From an uncultured virus (IMG/VR IMGVR_UViG_3300005201_000352) (lineage: Duplodnaviria; Heunggongvirae; Uroviricota; Caudoviricetes): a stretch of 64,000 nucleotides of DNA. A model generated the notes under the pieces. That model ran no database searches. It saw only the letters and a program-made list of their open reading frames with translations, and was not told the DNA's origin. A program made the translations under genes and the position numbers. The stretch's first letter is position 1; every line of letters begins with the position of its first letter. Shown here piece after piece: positions 29,162 through 37,142 of this stretch. The stretch lies in IMG/VR virus record IMGVR_UViG_3300005201_000352, one strand, 5' to 3'.

Positions 29162-29671
29162 CTAATTGCAATATGGATCTCTGCCGGGAAAAATTGTGAT
29201 ACATTCATAGTAAAGAACACCATCGCAAACAAAATCACTGCCCGGGGGATTATTATTACGTCCCCCTAATATCTCCCCAAAACTCTTATAATAAGAACCA
29301 TCAGGATATACAAATTTATGATCCCGCTCTCTAGGGTTTATATATATAAACATTCCATAAAACGGATGACCCAATACATTAAATATTTCATTGACTATAT
29401 AATCCCTTACCGCAACCCTTACAGGTTCATTGGTAAAATACCCCGGCGCGTTGCCCGGTGTAATTTCGTTCAAATGTGCATGATCAAGCCCGGCTTTGAA
29501 CGAAGGACGCCACCCGGAATGTTTAGATAAATCTAACTCCGTAAATCCTGTTTGCGGCGCGTTTAGACGTACATAAACACGATAATTATCACCGAGGATT
29601 GTATATTCAAATTTTCTGAATTGTTCCCCCTCCATCTGTGAAAAATGTTGATCTAATTCTGATAATCTCAT
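29162..29671 (-). CDS. Hypothetical protein
   Basis: 169 aa, AGGAGG SD. Confidence 0.6.
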   Translation of the reverse strand: MRLSELDQHFSQMEGEQFRKFEYTILGDNYRVYVRLNAPQTGFTELDLSKHSGWRPSFKAGLDHAHLNEITPGNAPGYFTNEPVRVAVRDYIVNEIFNVLGHPFYGMFIYINPRERDHKFVYPDGSYYKSFGEILGGRNNNPPGSDFVCDGVLYYECITIFPGRDPYCN

Positions 29672-29845
29672 TCTCTCTCCTCCTGTTTCAATTGTTTATT
29701 TCCCCCTAACGGTATTTTGTGGGTTGTCTCAATGGTGTAGTCAAGCGTTTTTTTTCTCAGGCGATAAGAAAAATGTAATGCGACCGTATTCAACAGACGC
29801 AAATATAGCGGCTATCCATGCTTTCAGTTTTTCGTCAAGCTCCAA
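29668..29845 (-). pseudogene. Frameshifted paralogue of helper small gene 37765-37935
   Basis: GGAGG-7-TTG; MELDEKLKAWIAAIFASVEYGRITFFLSPEKK, then an A8 tract (29748-29755); with A7 it continues TLDYTIETTHK to an ATGA-coupled stop. Confidence 0.8.
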
Positions 29846-30380
29846 TTTTCCGCCTCCGTCTTAACGCCTGTTTGTGCTTTACTATGGCTATACCTGTCAT
29901 CGTGTAATCGGGATCGGTAAATCTCAATTCCAATTTCGTTAGCATTACTTGATCCGCTTTTGAAACTATGCCTAAATTTTCAAGTGTGCAATTATTTTTA
30001 TTGCCGTCAAGAAAAATAACGATTTGCCCCGGAGGTACTTTCCCGTTGACCTGCTCCCATAAATACGTGTGTTTGTTTCTCCATTTGCCGCTTTCGTCTT
30101 TTATTTTAATATAGCCATTCTTGTTTACGCGCTCAGTAAAAACCGGGTAAGGATCGTATTTCCCCCGTCCCTTAATAATTTTGTAATACCGCCTTAATGA
30201 TTTTACGCTTTGCCTTGTCATGTTAAAATTAAACCGCGTGTTTAACATTTCGCATAACTCGGTATCTGAATAATCGGCGGCCTTTGCCTTTATGAAGTCT
30301 ATAACTTCCTGGCTGTAGGTTTTTTCCCTGCCTTTCCTGCATATTCGCGGATCGTTTTTTTCAAACTTACTCATCGTCAA
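29835..30380 (-). CDS. HNH endonuclease (HNH_3-like)
   Basis: GYIKIK, KHTYLWEQVNGKVP, FLDGNKNNCTLENL. Confidence 0.85.
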   Translation of the reverse strand: MTMSKFEKNDPRICRKGREKTYSQEVIDFIKAKAADYSDTELCEMLNTRFNFNMTRQSVKSLRRYYKIIKGRGKYDPYPVFTERVNKNGYIKIKDESGKWRNKHTYLWEQVNGKVPPGQIVIFLDGNKNNCTLENLGIVSKADQVMLTKLELRFTDPDYTMTGIAIVKHKQALRRRRKIGA

Positions 30381-30675
30381 TGTCCCGGTTTAAAAGTGAT
30401 TTTTTCTTGCCTATTTTTTCCGGCGGCGGCAATGGTTTTTTAATGACTTCCGGGCTGTTTGGCAGTAACGGCAGATCGCCCATTGAAGGAAGCCCGTAAA
30501 TCTCCGCGCATTTTGCGATCAATGCCCCGTTTTTAACCGCTATTATTGCAAGGCCGCTAAACGCCTCGGATCGCCGTATCTCTTGATCCAGTTCATCGCC
30601 TTTCAGATCGTCATCGTTCAGTTTTTCCATAAGCTCAAATAAATGATTCTGTAAGTCCGTCAGTTTGTTTTTCAT
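30367..30675 (-). CDS. HNH-associated small helical protein (paralogue 1)
   Basis: MKNKLTDLQNHLFELMEKLNDDDLKGDELDQEIRR. Confidence 0.75.
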   Translation of the reverse strand: MKNKLTDLQNHLFELMEKLNDDDLKGDELDQEIRRSEAFSGLAIIAVKNGALIAKCAEIYGLPSMGDLPLLPNSPEVIKKPLPPPEKIGKKKSLLNRDIDDE

Positions 30676-31036
30676 GCCTTCCCCCTGTTAAATAATTCCA
30701 TGTCATTCATGGAGTAGCCCTCATCACGTAACGCATTGTCTAGCTCTGTCCAGTCTTTAGCAACCACGCACAACGCGCCGTTTTTCTCGGCTTCGTCTAA
30801 AAACTCTTTTTGCTCTTTGGACAGCCTCCGCCCTTCGGAGCTTTACATTCGACAAATAACGCCCTGCCATCAGGCAGCACCCCTATAATGTCCGATGATC
30901 CCACTTTGCCAAAGTGCATGAAATGACCGCTTGCCATTCTTACGCACCCGGTAGAATTTCGCCAATGGTAGATTTGCCTTGCCCTCAGATAGCTTAAACA
31001 CCCTTCAAGTACCATGCTCTCAGGCGTTTTTTTCAT
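30672..31036 (-). pseudogene. VRR-NUC nuclease with a 1-nt deletion near 30828
   Basis: GSSDIIG, FVECKAPKG; the expected RLSKEQKEFLDEAEKNGALCVVA continues in another frame to an ATGA-coupled stop. Confidence 0.8.
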
Positions 31037-31087
31037 TGTGCCATACCCTCCCTAAAAATTAAAAATAAAAAAAAAAAAGCCAATCGA

Positions 31088-31113
31088 CCGTTTGTGCTGA
31101 AAAGCACAAACGG
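31088..31113. repeat. Perfect hairpin CCGTTTGTGCT-GAAA-AGCACAAACGG
   Basis: 11-bp stem downstream of the rep gene, near an A-rich tract. Confidence 0.8.
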
Positions 31114-31236
31114 AATGTTTATTTTTATGTGCTATGCACATTTCTTATGTGTCTTATAAATTCGCCTCGCTCCGCTCGCTATAACCACCACCACTTACAA
31201 ACCACCACTAATATAATGTGTCTTTATAATGTGTAT

Positions 31237-31809
31237 TTATATGTGCTGGTTTCCTGCACAATCATNNNNNNNNNNNNNNNNNNNNNNNNNNNNNNNNNNN
31301 NNNNNNNNNNNNNNNNNNNNNNNNNNNNNNNNNNNNNNNNNNNNNNNNNNNNNNNNNNNNNNNNNNNNNNNNNNNNNNNNNNNNNNNNNNNNNNNNNNNN
31401 NNNNNNNNNNNNNNNNNNNNNNNNNNNNNNNNNNNNNNNNNNNNNNNNNNNNNNNNNNNNNNNNNNNNNNNNNNNNNNNNNNNNNNNNNNNNNNNNNNNN
31501 NNNNTGTGTTGGTTTCCTGCACAATACCGGGTCTTCGTATACCGTATATTTGGTTTCCCGCCTCTTGTTTCCCCCCTGCTCTTTTACCACATACCCCGCT
31601 TTTATTAGTTCGTTTAACGCCGCCTCCGTTGCATACCGACCGCTTGCGCTACGTGCGAATAAATCCCTTAAATGCAACTCCCATTGATCCGGTAATGACA
31701 GGCAATAAGCCAATAGACCTTTTGCCGCCCAAGACAATTCACAGTCTTGTATTGGCTCATTGTCCATTTGGAAAAATTCATCTTTGCGGTTCTTGCGCTT
31801 GATTATCAT
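31237..31809 (-). CDS. Satellite replication initiator (winged-helix), 3' end in an N gap
   Basis: LSWAAKGLLAYCLSLPDQW...GRYATEAALNELIKAGYV. Confidence 0.75.
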   Translation of the reverse strand: MIIKRKNRKDEFFQMDNEPIQDCELSWAAKGLLAYCLSLPDQWELHLRDLFARSASGRYATEAALNELIKAGYVVKEQGGNKRRETKYTVYEDPVLCRKPTXXXXXXXXXXXXXXXXXXXXXXXXXXXXXXXXXXXXXXXXXXXXXXXXXXXXXXXXXXXXXXXXXXXXXXXXXXXXXXXXXDCAGNQHI

Positions 31810-31815
31810 ACCGGT

Positions 31816-32067
31816 TTATGCCATGCTGTTTAGAATTTTATCCGCCGCTTCCCCTGCATCGTGATCCGATAACGCCCTGTTTCTGAAAGCGTAAGCCTCA
31901 AGATCGCATCGCCTGAAATACATCTTTTTTCCGCCCGGCTTGTATGCCGTTAGTTTTTTGGCATGAACCAACTGGTAAATAAAGCCCGGTTTAAGTTTCA
32001 AAAATGCCGCCGCTTCGTCTACGCCAAGCGGTTCTTCATGAATCTGGTTCTCAATCTGGTCTTTCAC
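31816..32067 (-). CDS. Excisionase-like HTH_17 protein
   Basis: LGVDEAAAFLKLKPGFIYQLV...YKPGGKKMYFRRCDL. Confidence 0.85.
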   Translation of the reverse strand: MKDQIENQIHEEPLGVDEAAAFLKLKPGFIYQLVHAKKLTAYKPGGKKMYFRRCDLEAYAFRNRALSDHDAGEAADKILNSMA

Positions 32068-32085
32068 ATAATCCTCCTATGTTTA

Positions 32086-32388
32086 TTATTCTTTTAATGC
32101 AACTACAAGAGACGAATTCAGACGCGATTTTAACGCCCCGGAAGGACGGAAGAAAATAACGCGCTTCTTCGGAACATTCACGCGCTCCATAGTTTTTGGG
32201 TTGTGCCGGGTTTGGGCTTTTCGTTCCCTTTGCGTAAATGTACCAAAGCCCCGAAGCTCTATAGTCTGTCCCTCGATGAGCGCGGCGGCCATGCTGTCAA
32301 TAACCAGCGCCGTAATTTTTTGCGCTTCTTTAATCCCTGCCTTGATCAGTATTTTGTTAATACTGGACCGGGTGAATTTGTCTTTCAT
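32086..32388 (-). CDS. HU/IHF-family DNA-bending protein
   Basis: IELRGFGTF..RERKA..RHNPKTMERVNVP....FRPSGALK. Confidence 0.92.
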   Translation of the reverse strand: MKDKFTRSSINKILIKAGIKEAQKITALVIDSMAAALIEGQTIELRGFGTFTQRERKAQTRHNPKTMERVNVPKKRVIFFRPSGALKSRLNSSLVVALKE

Positions 32389-32594
32389 TTTTCCGGCTTG
32401 CTCCCTATCAAAATTATGCTTGCGTTCAACTGGTAACGCGCCTTTGGATTGTCCGGGTTGATAATTTTTCCGTTTCCGTAAAATCCGCAACTTCCAGTAG
32501 AAAAGTTTTTTGGCATGGCGTGGATTGTTCCCCATTGCTTGCCGTTGTGCATTATTTCAAGCGTCAAGAATTCCGGGGCTTTTTCGTCTGTCAT
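32385..32594 (-). CDS. Small conserved-looking hypothetical protein
   Basis: PKNFSTGSCGFYGNGK...YQ......IGSK; coupled stops and starts. Confidence 0.55.
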   Translation of the reverse strand: MTDEKAPEFLTLEIMHNGKQWGTIHAMPKNFSTGSCGFYGNGKIINPDNPKARYQLNASIILIGSKPEK

Positions 32595-32821
32595 GGTTTT
32601 ACCTCCATTGTTGATTCGCGTATGTTTATATATACGCTCTCGCCTTCCATGTTCTTGTATTCAAGGTTGTTTCCCTTGTTATAGCCGCCTATTGATCCCC
32701 ATGCGTCAACCAGCGAAAAGCCCTCGGCGTTTAACAGTGCATCCAGTTTTTGGGTGATAGGGGACATAACATCAATGACTGATTTATTAACAGTTCCCTG
32801 TTCGTTTTTCTCTTGGTTCAT
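32591..32821 (-). CDS. Hypothetical protein
   Basis: 76 aa, ATGA-coupled on both sides. Confidence 0.5.
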   Translation of the reverse strand: MNQEKNEQGTVNKSVIDVMSPITQKLDALLNAEGFSLVDAWGSIGGYNKGNNLEYKNMEGESVYINIRESTMEVKP

Positions 32822-33054
32822 GCTTGCACCTTCCTGTAAATGCTTCTGTGTTTGTTTATACAGCTAACTTTTCTAGTGCCGTATGAATTCCGATAGTCCC
32901 TCATTCGGCGCATTGTTACGTCCGGCAGTGTCCATTTTGCCACCTCGTAGACTTTTTTAACCATGTTGTATAACTGCCACCCGGTGAATTCCGCGCCCAT
33001 CGGCAGACCGTCAATGACGGATCGTACCGCCTCAGTTAAATTCTTGTACTTCAT
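32818..33054 (-). CDS. Small basic, possibly winged-helix protein
   Basis: 78 aa, FTGWQL...DVTMRRMRDYR; coupled. Confidence 0.5.
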   Translation of the reverse strand: MKYKNLTEAVRSVIDGLPMGAEFTGWQLYNMVKKVYEVAKWTLPDVTMRRMRDYRNSYGTRKVSCINKHRSIYRKVQA

Positions 33055-33788
33055 TTTACACCTCCCATAAATATTTTCTTCTTATCCTTATATCTGAGAT
33101 CGCCTTTTACCTCTTTCTTTATTCTGTTGCTCATTGCTAGAGTAAGACGCGCCATTATTAAAAATGTTTTAGTAGTTTCTATATCATCATATTTACAACC
33201 CATCTTGCTCATCATTATCAATTCAGAATTTTTAACACATAATAAATTGTCAAGATTAAAATCCTGTTTGTTACCATTTGCAAATAGTATCAAATATCCA
33301 TTTGGAACCTTGCCGTTTTTCTGCTCCCATAAATATCTATGCTTTGTAACATAATCCTTTCTTGGGTTTCCTGTATTACTAACCCTTATATATATTTCTA
33401 CACCCTTTTTTACTTCCCTTCCTATTTTGCTTTTGTATATTTTTATTTTATATTTGCTTGCATAAACCCCAATAGTATCTTTACTTTTATTGGTTTTATA
33501 GTATTCATTAAATTTTTTTGTTATATCATCAATAGTGTTATTTATTGCCAGTTGTCTTATATATTCAATTTTATCTGGTGTGAAAAAATAATTTTTTCTT
33601 TTACACATTATACCAACTTTTATATTTCTATATTTTGCATGATCTCTTATTTGATCCAGTTTTAAGACAGTATTAAACTGTTTATTAAATGCGTCTGTTA
33701 AGCCTCTATAATCATAGAGATTTGAATTTGCTTTTAACCAATTCAACATATCCTGTGAAAATAAAAACCTAACAGACGTTTTTTTCAC
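33051..33788 (-). CDS. HNH endonuclease (HNH_3-like) with duplicated N-terminal helical repeat
   Basis: KHRYLWEQKNGKVP, FANGNKQDFNLDNL; AT-rich. Confidence 0.85.
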   Translation of the reverse strand: MKKTSVRFLFSQDMLNWLKANSNLYDYRGLTDAFNKQFNTVLKLDQIRDHAKYRNIKVGIMCKRKNYFFTPDKIEYIRQLAINNTIDDITKKFNEYYKTNKSKDTIGVYASKYKIKIYKSKIGREVKKGVEIYIRVSNTGNPRKDYVTKHRYLWEQKNGKVPNGYLILFANGNKQDFNLDNLLCVKNSELIMMSKMGCKYDDIETTKTFLIMARLTLAMSNRIKKEVKGDLRYKDKKKIFMGGVK

Positions 33789-34087
33789 ACCTTGCCTCTT
33801 CTATTCCCTGGGATAGCAAGCAGGCTCTTTCTTTCTTTGTCCAAAATAAATGTTTCTGCTTCACTCTTTGGAAGTAATGGAACCTCATCATTTACAGGTA
33901 TTCCATAGAGGGTATCAACACACTTGATCATCAATGCGCCGTTTGCAACCGCTGTTTTTGCAAGTTCATTTATTGAGGCCGCTCTCTCTATCTCTTCTTT
34001 GAGTGCTTCCCCTTTTAAGTTATCATCATTTATTTTTTCAATCATTGAAAATAAATGATTCTGTAAATCTGATAATCTGTTTTTCAT
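33785..34087 (-). CDS. HNH-associated small helical protein (paralogue 2)
   Basis: MKNRLSDLQNHLFSMIEKINDDNLKGEALKEEIER. Confidence 0.75.
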   Translation of the reverse strand: MKNRLSDLQNHLFSMIEKINDDNLKGEALKEEIERAASINELAKTAVANGALMIKCVDTLYGIPVNDEVPLLPKSEAETFILDKERKSLLAIPGNRRGKV

Positions 34088-34302
34088 ATTTCACACCCCC
34101 CGTTAATCATTTCCAATCTTGCCTTTGATGTTTCAATGAAATGGATTGCTAACCCGTTAAATAACAGGGCATTCTGCAAAACTGCTTCTAGTTCCGCTCC
34201 CTGTAACCTGTTGTCTTCTAATCTGTGGATGTAATCCCAAAGACCCCTCTGTAAGTCTGCCAGTCTGATAGTGTTTGTGTTCAATAGTTCCCTACTGTTC
34301 AT
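34084..34302 (-). CDS. Diverged paralogue 3 of the same family
   Basis: RLADLQRGLWDYIHRLEDNRLQGAELE; GGAGG SD. Confidence 0.6.
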   Translation of the reverse strand: MNSRELLNTNTIRLADLQRGLWDYIHRLEDNRLQGAELEAVLQNALLFNGLAIHFIETSKARLEMINGGCEI

Positions 34303-34366
34303 ACCACCCTCCTGTGGTTGCCTTAGCAACCTGTTAATTTATTTAAGGCTCAAGCCTTATAATATA

Positions 34367-34516
34367 ATTATGCCCCTAGTAGGTGCATTTTGTCAATAGA
34401 TATAATAAAAAAAAATCAAAAAAAATAAAGATTTTTTCTGGTTCTGCCTTACATCTGTATAGTAAAATGCCCCTAGTAGTGGTATTTATTGACTTTTTAT
34501 AGAGCTATGGTATATT
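34367..34516. promoter_or_regulatory. Divergent promoters with two operator-like repeats
   Basis: Leftward TTGACA-18-CATAAT; rightward TTGACT-16-TATATT; ATGCCCCTAGTAG at 34370 and 34467. Confidence 0.65.
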
Positions 34517-34522
34517 AAGGGT

Positions 34523-34792
34523 ATGGGAAACAAGACCGATAATAAAAGTATGAAGGTAGAGCAAGGTGAATATTTTACCGTTGCCGATATGTCTAAAGAG
34601 CTTAATGAGTCTTTAGAAACAATTAAATCACGTATTAAGCGATTAGGTAAAAAGCCCCTTGCAAGAGATGCCCTCTACGAAAAATCGGTATTGGATGCTC
34701 TGAGAAATACGCCGGGTAAGGGTCGCCCCAAAAAAGCCCCGGAAAAACCCGTTGCTAAAAAAACACCCGCCGCTAAAAAGACCAAGAAATAA
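34523..34792 (+). CDS. HTH DNA-binding protein, candidate satellite repressor
   Basis: YFTVADMSKELNESLETIKSRIKR, GRPKK and a basic tail; divergent from the main operon. Confidence 0.6.
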   Translation: MGNKTDNKSMKVEQGEYFTVADMSKELNESLETIKSRIKRLGKKPLARDALYEKSVLDALRNTPGKGRPKKAPEKPVAKKTPAAKKTKK

Positions 34793-34833
34793 ATACTTAT
34801 AAAACATATAAAGTTTTATGCCGATATAAAAGC

Positions 34834-35064
34834 ATGAAGAAACTTATTGATAGACAAAACCGCCTATTTGAAATGTTAGAAAAAATTACGGATGATAATC
34901 TAACAGGCGAAGCACTGGATCAGGAAATCAAGCGGGTTAGAAAATTGGTTCAAGCAGAAAAAAAAGAAATTGCCAAAGATAGTAAAGTACATAATGCAAT
35001 AAAACCCCAAACAACCACCGATAAAAAACCGCCCCGGAAAAAACAAGGCAAGGTTAAAAAATGA
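34834..35064 (+). CDS. Truncated paralogue 4 of the HNH-associated family with a basic tail
   Basis: KLIDRQNRLFEMLEKITDDNLTGEALDQEIKR. Confidence 0.65.
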   Translation: MKKLIDRQNRLFEMLEKITDDNLTGEALDQEIKRVRKLVQAEKKEIAKDSKVHNAIKPQTTTDKKPPRKKQGKVKK

Positions 35065-35186
35065 CGGGAGAATTCGCCGCTCTCCAAAAAAAATATTTAG
35101 AAAAAATAGAGGAATACGCCGCGAAACGGTCTATAAGCATTGAACAGGCAAGGGCGGAATTAAGCGCGGCGGGAATTAACCTGTAA
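35061..35186 (+). CDS. 41-aa hypothetical peptide
   Basis: ATGA-coupled; MTGEFAALQKKYLEKIEEYAAKRSISIEQARAELSAAGINL. Confidence 0.4.
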   Translation: MTGEFAALQKKYLEKIEEYAAKRSISIEQARAELSAAGINL

Positions 35187-35195
35187 GCCCCGTAC

Positions 35196-36242
35196 TCAAT
35201 TTACTTTTAGCTCAGGCAATGCGTTGACCGCTTCCCTCTTCATTTTGTCGGTCGCTTTGGCGTAGACTTGCGTTGTCTTTACGTCCGTGTGTCCCATTAG
35301 TTTAGAAAGCGTGTAAATATCTACTCCGTTTTCAAGAGACATAACCGCGAAGGTATGCCGCGCCGTGTGCCAAGAAGCAATTTTTTTTATACCGGCTGTT
35401 TTACAAATATCTTTTATAGTCTTGTTATTCCATCGGCTTATCGTTGGGAATATTTTGTCGGCGTGGTTATGGATTTTCCCATCGTTTATTAGCTTCCATG
35501 CCGTATCATTTAACGGAATGTAAACTATATTTTTTGTTTTTGTTTGTTTCATAATTAGCTGTAACGGGTTATATTGAATATGTCCCCATTCAAGAGACCT
35601 TAAATCTGATATTCTTAATCCGGTATTGCACCCGAATAAAAAAGCCCGTCTAACCGTTTCGACCGTTTTATATTTTGTTTTCATCAATGCTATACGTTGC
35701 AGTTCATCGGCATTTAAGAATATTTTGTTTGGATCGTTTCGTTTTATCTTTTTTATTCCAAGAGTTGGATCCGTTGCTATAAGGTGTTCCCGCATTGCCA
35801 ATTTTAGCGCGTGGCGGATTTGCGCCTCATAGGTTGATGCGGTTGTCGGTTTAACACAGTTGGTTGTTAAATATTCCTGATATTTTATAAGCCATGCGGT
35901 TGTTACCTGCTTTAGCTGGATAACCGCGCCGCCCGGAAAGTTCTTTAAATAATGCAGTGAACTTGTTATAATATTTTGTACTGCCGGGGCTCCTTTGGCT
36001 TTTATTTTTTCCAAGTAGGAATAAAGACTGATATTGCCGCCGACCGGATCGGTTATTCCCCATGCGCTGGTTAAGATTTGCAATTCTCTTTTTGCCCGGC
36101 AAATTTCCGCAACCTTTAGAATTTCCTTGTTTGTTTCTTTGTCGGTCGATAACGAAATTTTAAGGGCTTCCCATTTTCTTGCTCCGTTGTGATAAATGTC
36201 CAAGTATAGCCGCCTGTTTTTCGTGCGGATTTTTACGCTCAT
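35196..36242 (-). CDS. int: Tyrosine integrase of the satellite
   Basis: Arm-binding N-terminus LYLDIYHNG; GLRISD, KTK, HTARHTF, LMGH, TQVY catalytic set. Confidence 0.95.
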   Translation of the reverse strand: MSVKIRTKNRRLYLDIYHNGARKWEALKISLSTDKETNKEILKVAEICRAKRELQILTSAWGITDPVGGNISLYSYLEKIKAKGAPAVQNIITSSLHYLKNFPGGAVIQLKQVTTAWLIKYQEYLTTNCVKPTTASTYEAQIRHALKLAMREHLIATDPTLGIKKIKRNDPNKIFLNADELQRIALMKTKYKTVETVRRAFLFGCNTGLRISDLRSLEWGHIQYNPLQLIMKQTKTKNIVYIPLNDTAWKLINDGKIHNHADKIFPTISRWNNKTIKDICKTAGIKKIASWHTARHTFAVMSLENGVDIYTLSKLMGHTDVKTTQVYAKATDKMKREAVNALPELKVN

Positions 36243-36406
36243 AAAAGTTCCTTATGCCATATAGTTTTTTGTTTCTACAAATAGGTATTGAGAAACAACA
36301 AAAAACATAAAGCAATATAAAATATAATCAAATAAACTACTTATATTATAATACATAATAATACAATGTAAACTAAAATAAAATATAATAAAAAATAATT
36401 CGATAG

Positions 36407-36421
36407 CAGAAGTCGATTGCA
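36407..36421. repeat. Satellite att core, right copy CAGAAGTCGATTGCA
   Basis: Identical to 24672-24686; 165 bp from the integrase start. Confidence 0.95.
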
Positions 36422-37142
36422 GGTTTACCGCCGCCTTCCGAAACACTTTGCCATTTTTTACAAGCTCTTCACTTTCGCTTTCCATATCGACAGCGCCCTT
36501 TTCAATGAGCGCCATGATTGCCGCTTCATCAGCAGAATTGCCGACTTTTACTTCCATCGCACCTTGCGGGACAAGATCGTTTCTTGGTCTGCCAAGTTCT
36601 TTGGTAATGTAAACTTTGCCGTCGTTTCCCCTAACAGGTTCTGCTTCGGTAACGATTGATAATTCAGGAATACCGGCTTTAAACGACCTTATAAGAGCAG
36701 CATTTGAACCGTTCCAGCCCTCCGGCGGAACCATAATGCGGAAGTAACACACTCCTTCTTTCTCGCTCTGCATTTGGAGTTCACCGCCAATAGTGTAAAA
36801 ATCATCGCCTTGAGTCTCGTGTCCGTCTTTGCTTCCCGGTATTGGATACTGTTTCAGATAATCCAGTAAAGACTGGAAATATTCATGTGTGTATATCCCA
36901 CCTGCTCCCTCAGTGGGGACTTGGACGGCTTCCACAAACTCATACGCGCCTTCGGCTTTGATTGCGTCAAGAGCTTTCTGCGGTATGAGTACCGGGATTT
37001 TTTCCGGCACTGGAAGATCGGGCGTTGCTTTATTTTTCAGGCGTAGACGCGTTGACTGGTTATACAGTTTCCGTACTACCACCGCCGCCTCCGTTTGCCG
37101 CTTCTGCTTCTTTGATCTTGATAGCGGCGATAAGATCAGCAT
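36407..37142 (-). CDS. N-terminal (prohead protease) part of the split protease-scaffold gene; start uncertain
   Basis: YTHEYF...PGSKDGH, ELSIV, NDLVPQGA resemble prohead protease His/Ser/acid motifs; reads ...VNLQSTS into att, then AT-rich nonsense. Confidence 0.75.

Larger units (their letters stand above)
24672..36421. mobile_element. Helper-embedded phage satellite (11.7 kb) with integrase, Xis, Rep, own terminase and TA module
   Basis: 15-bp direct repeats, integrase next to one end, splits one reading frame, no capsid/portal/tail genes. Confidence 0.92.

Noticed and set aside
36252..36406. Hydrophobic C-terminal TM on the protease ORF
   Set aside because: Read-through into the AT-rich satellite arm beyond att
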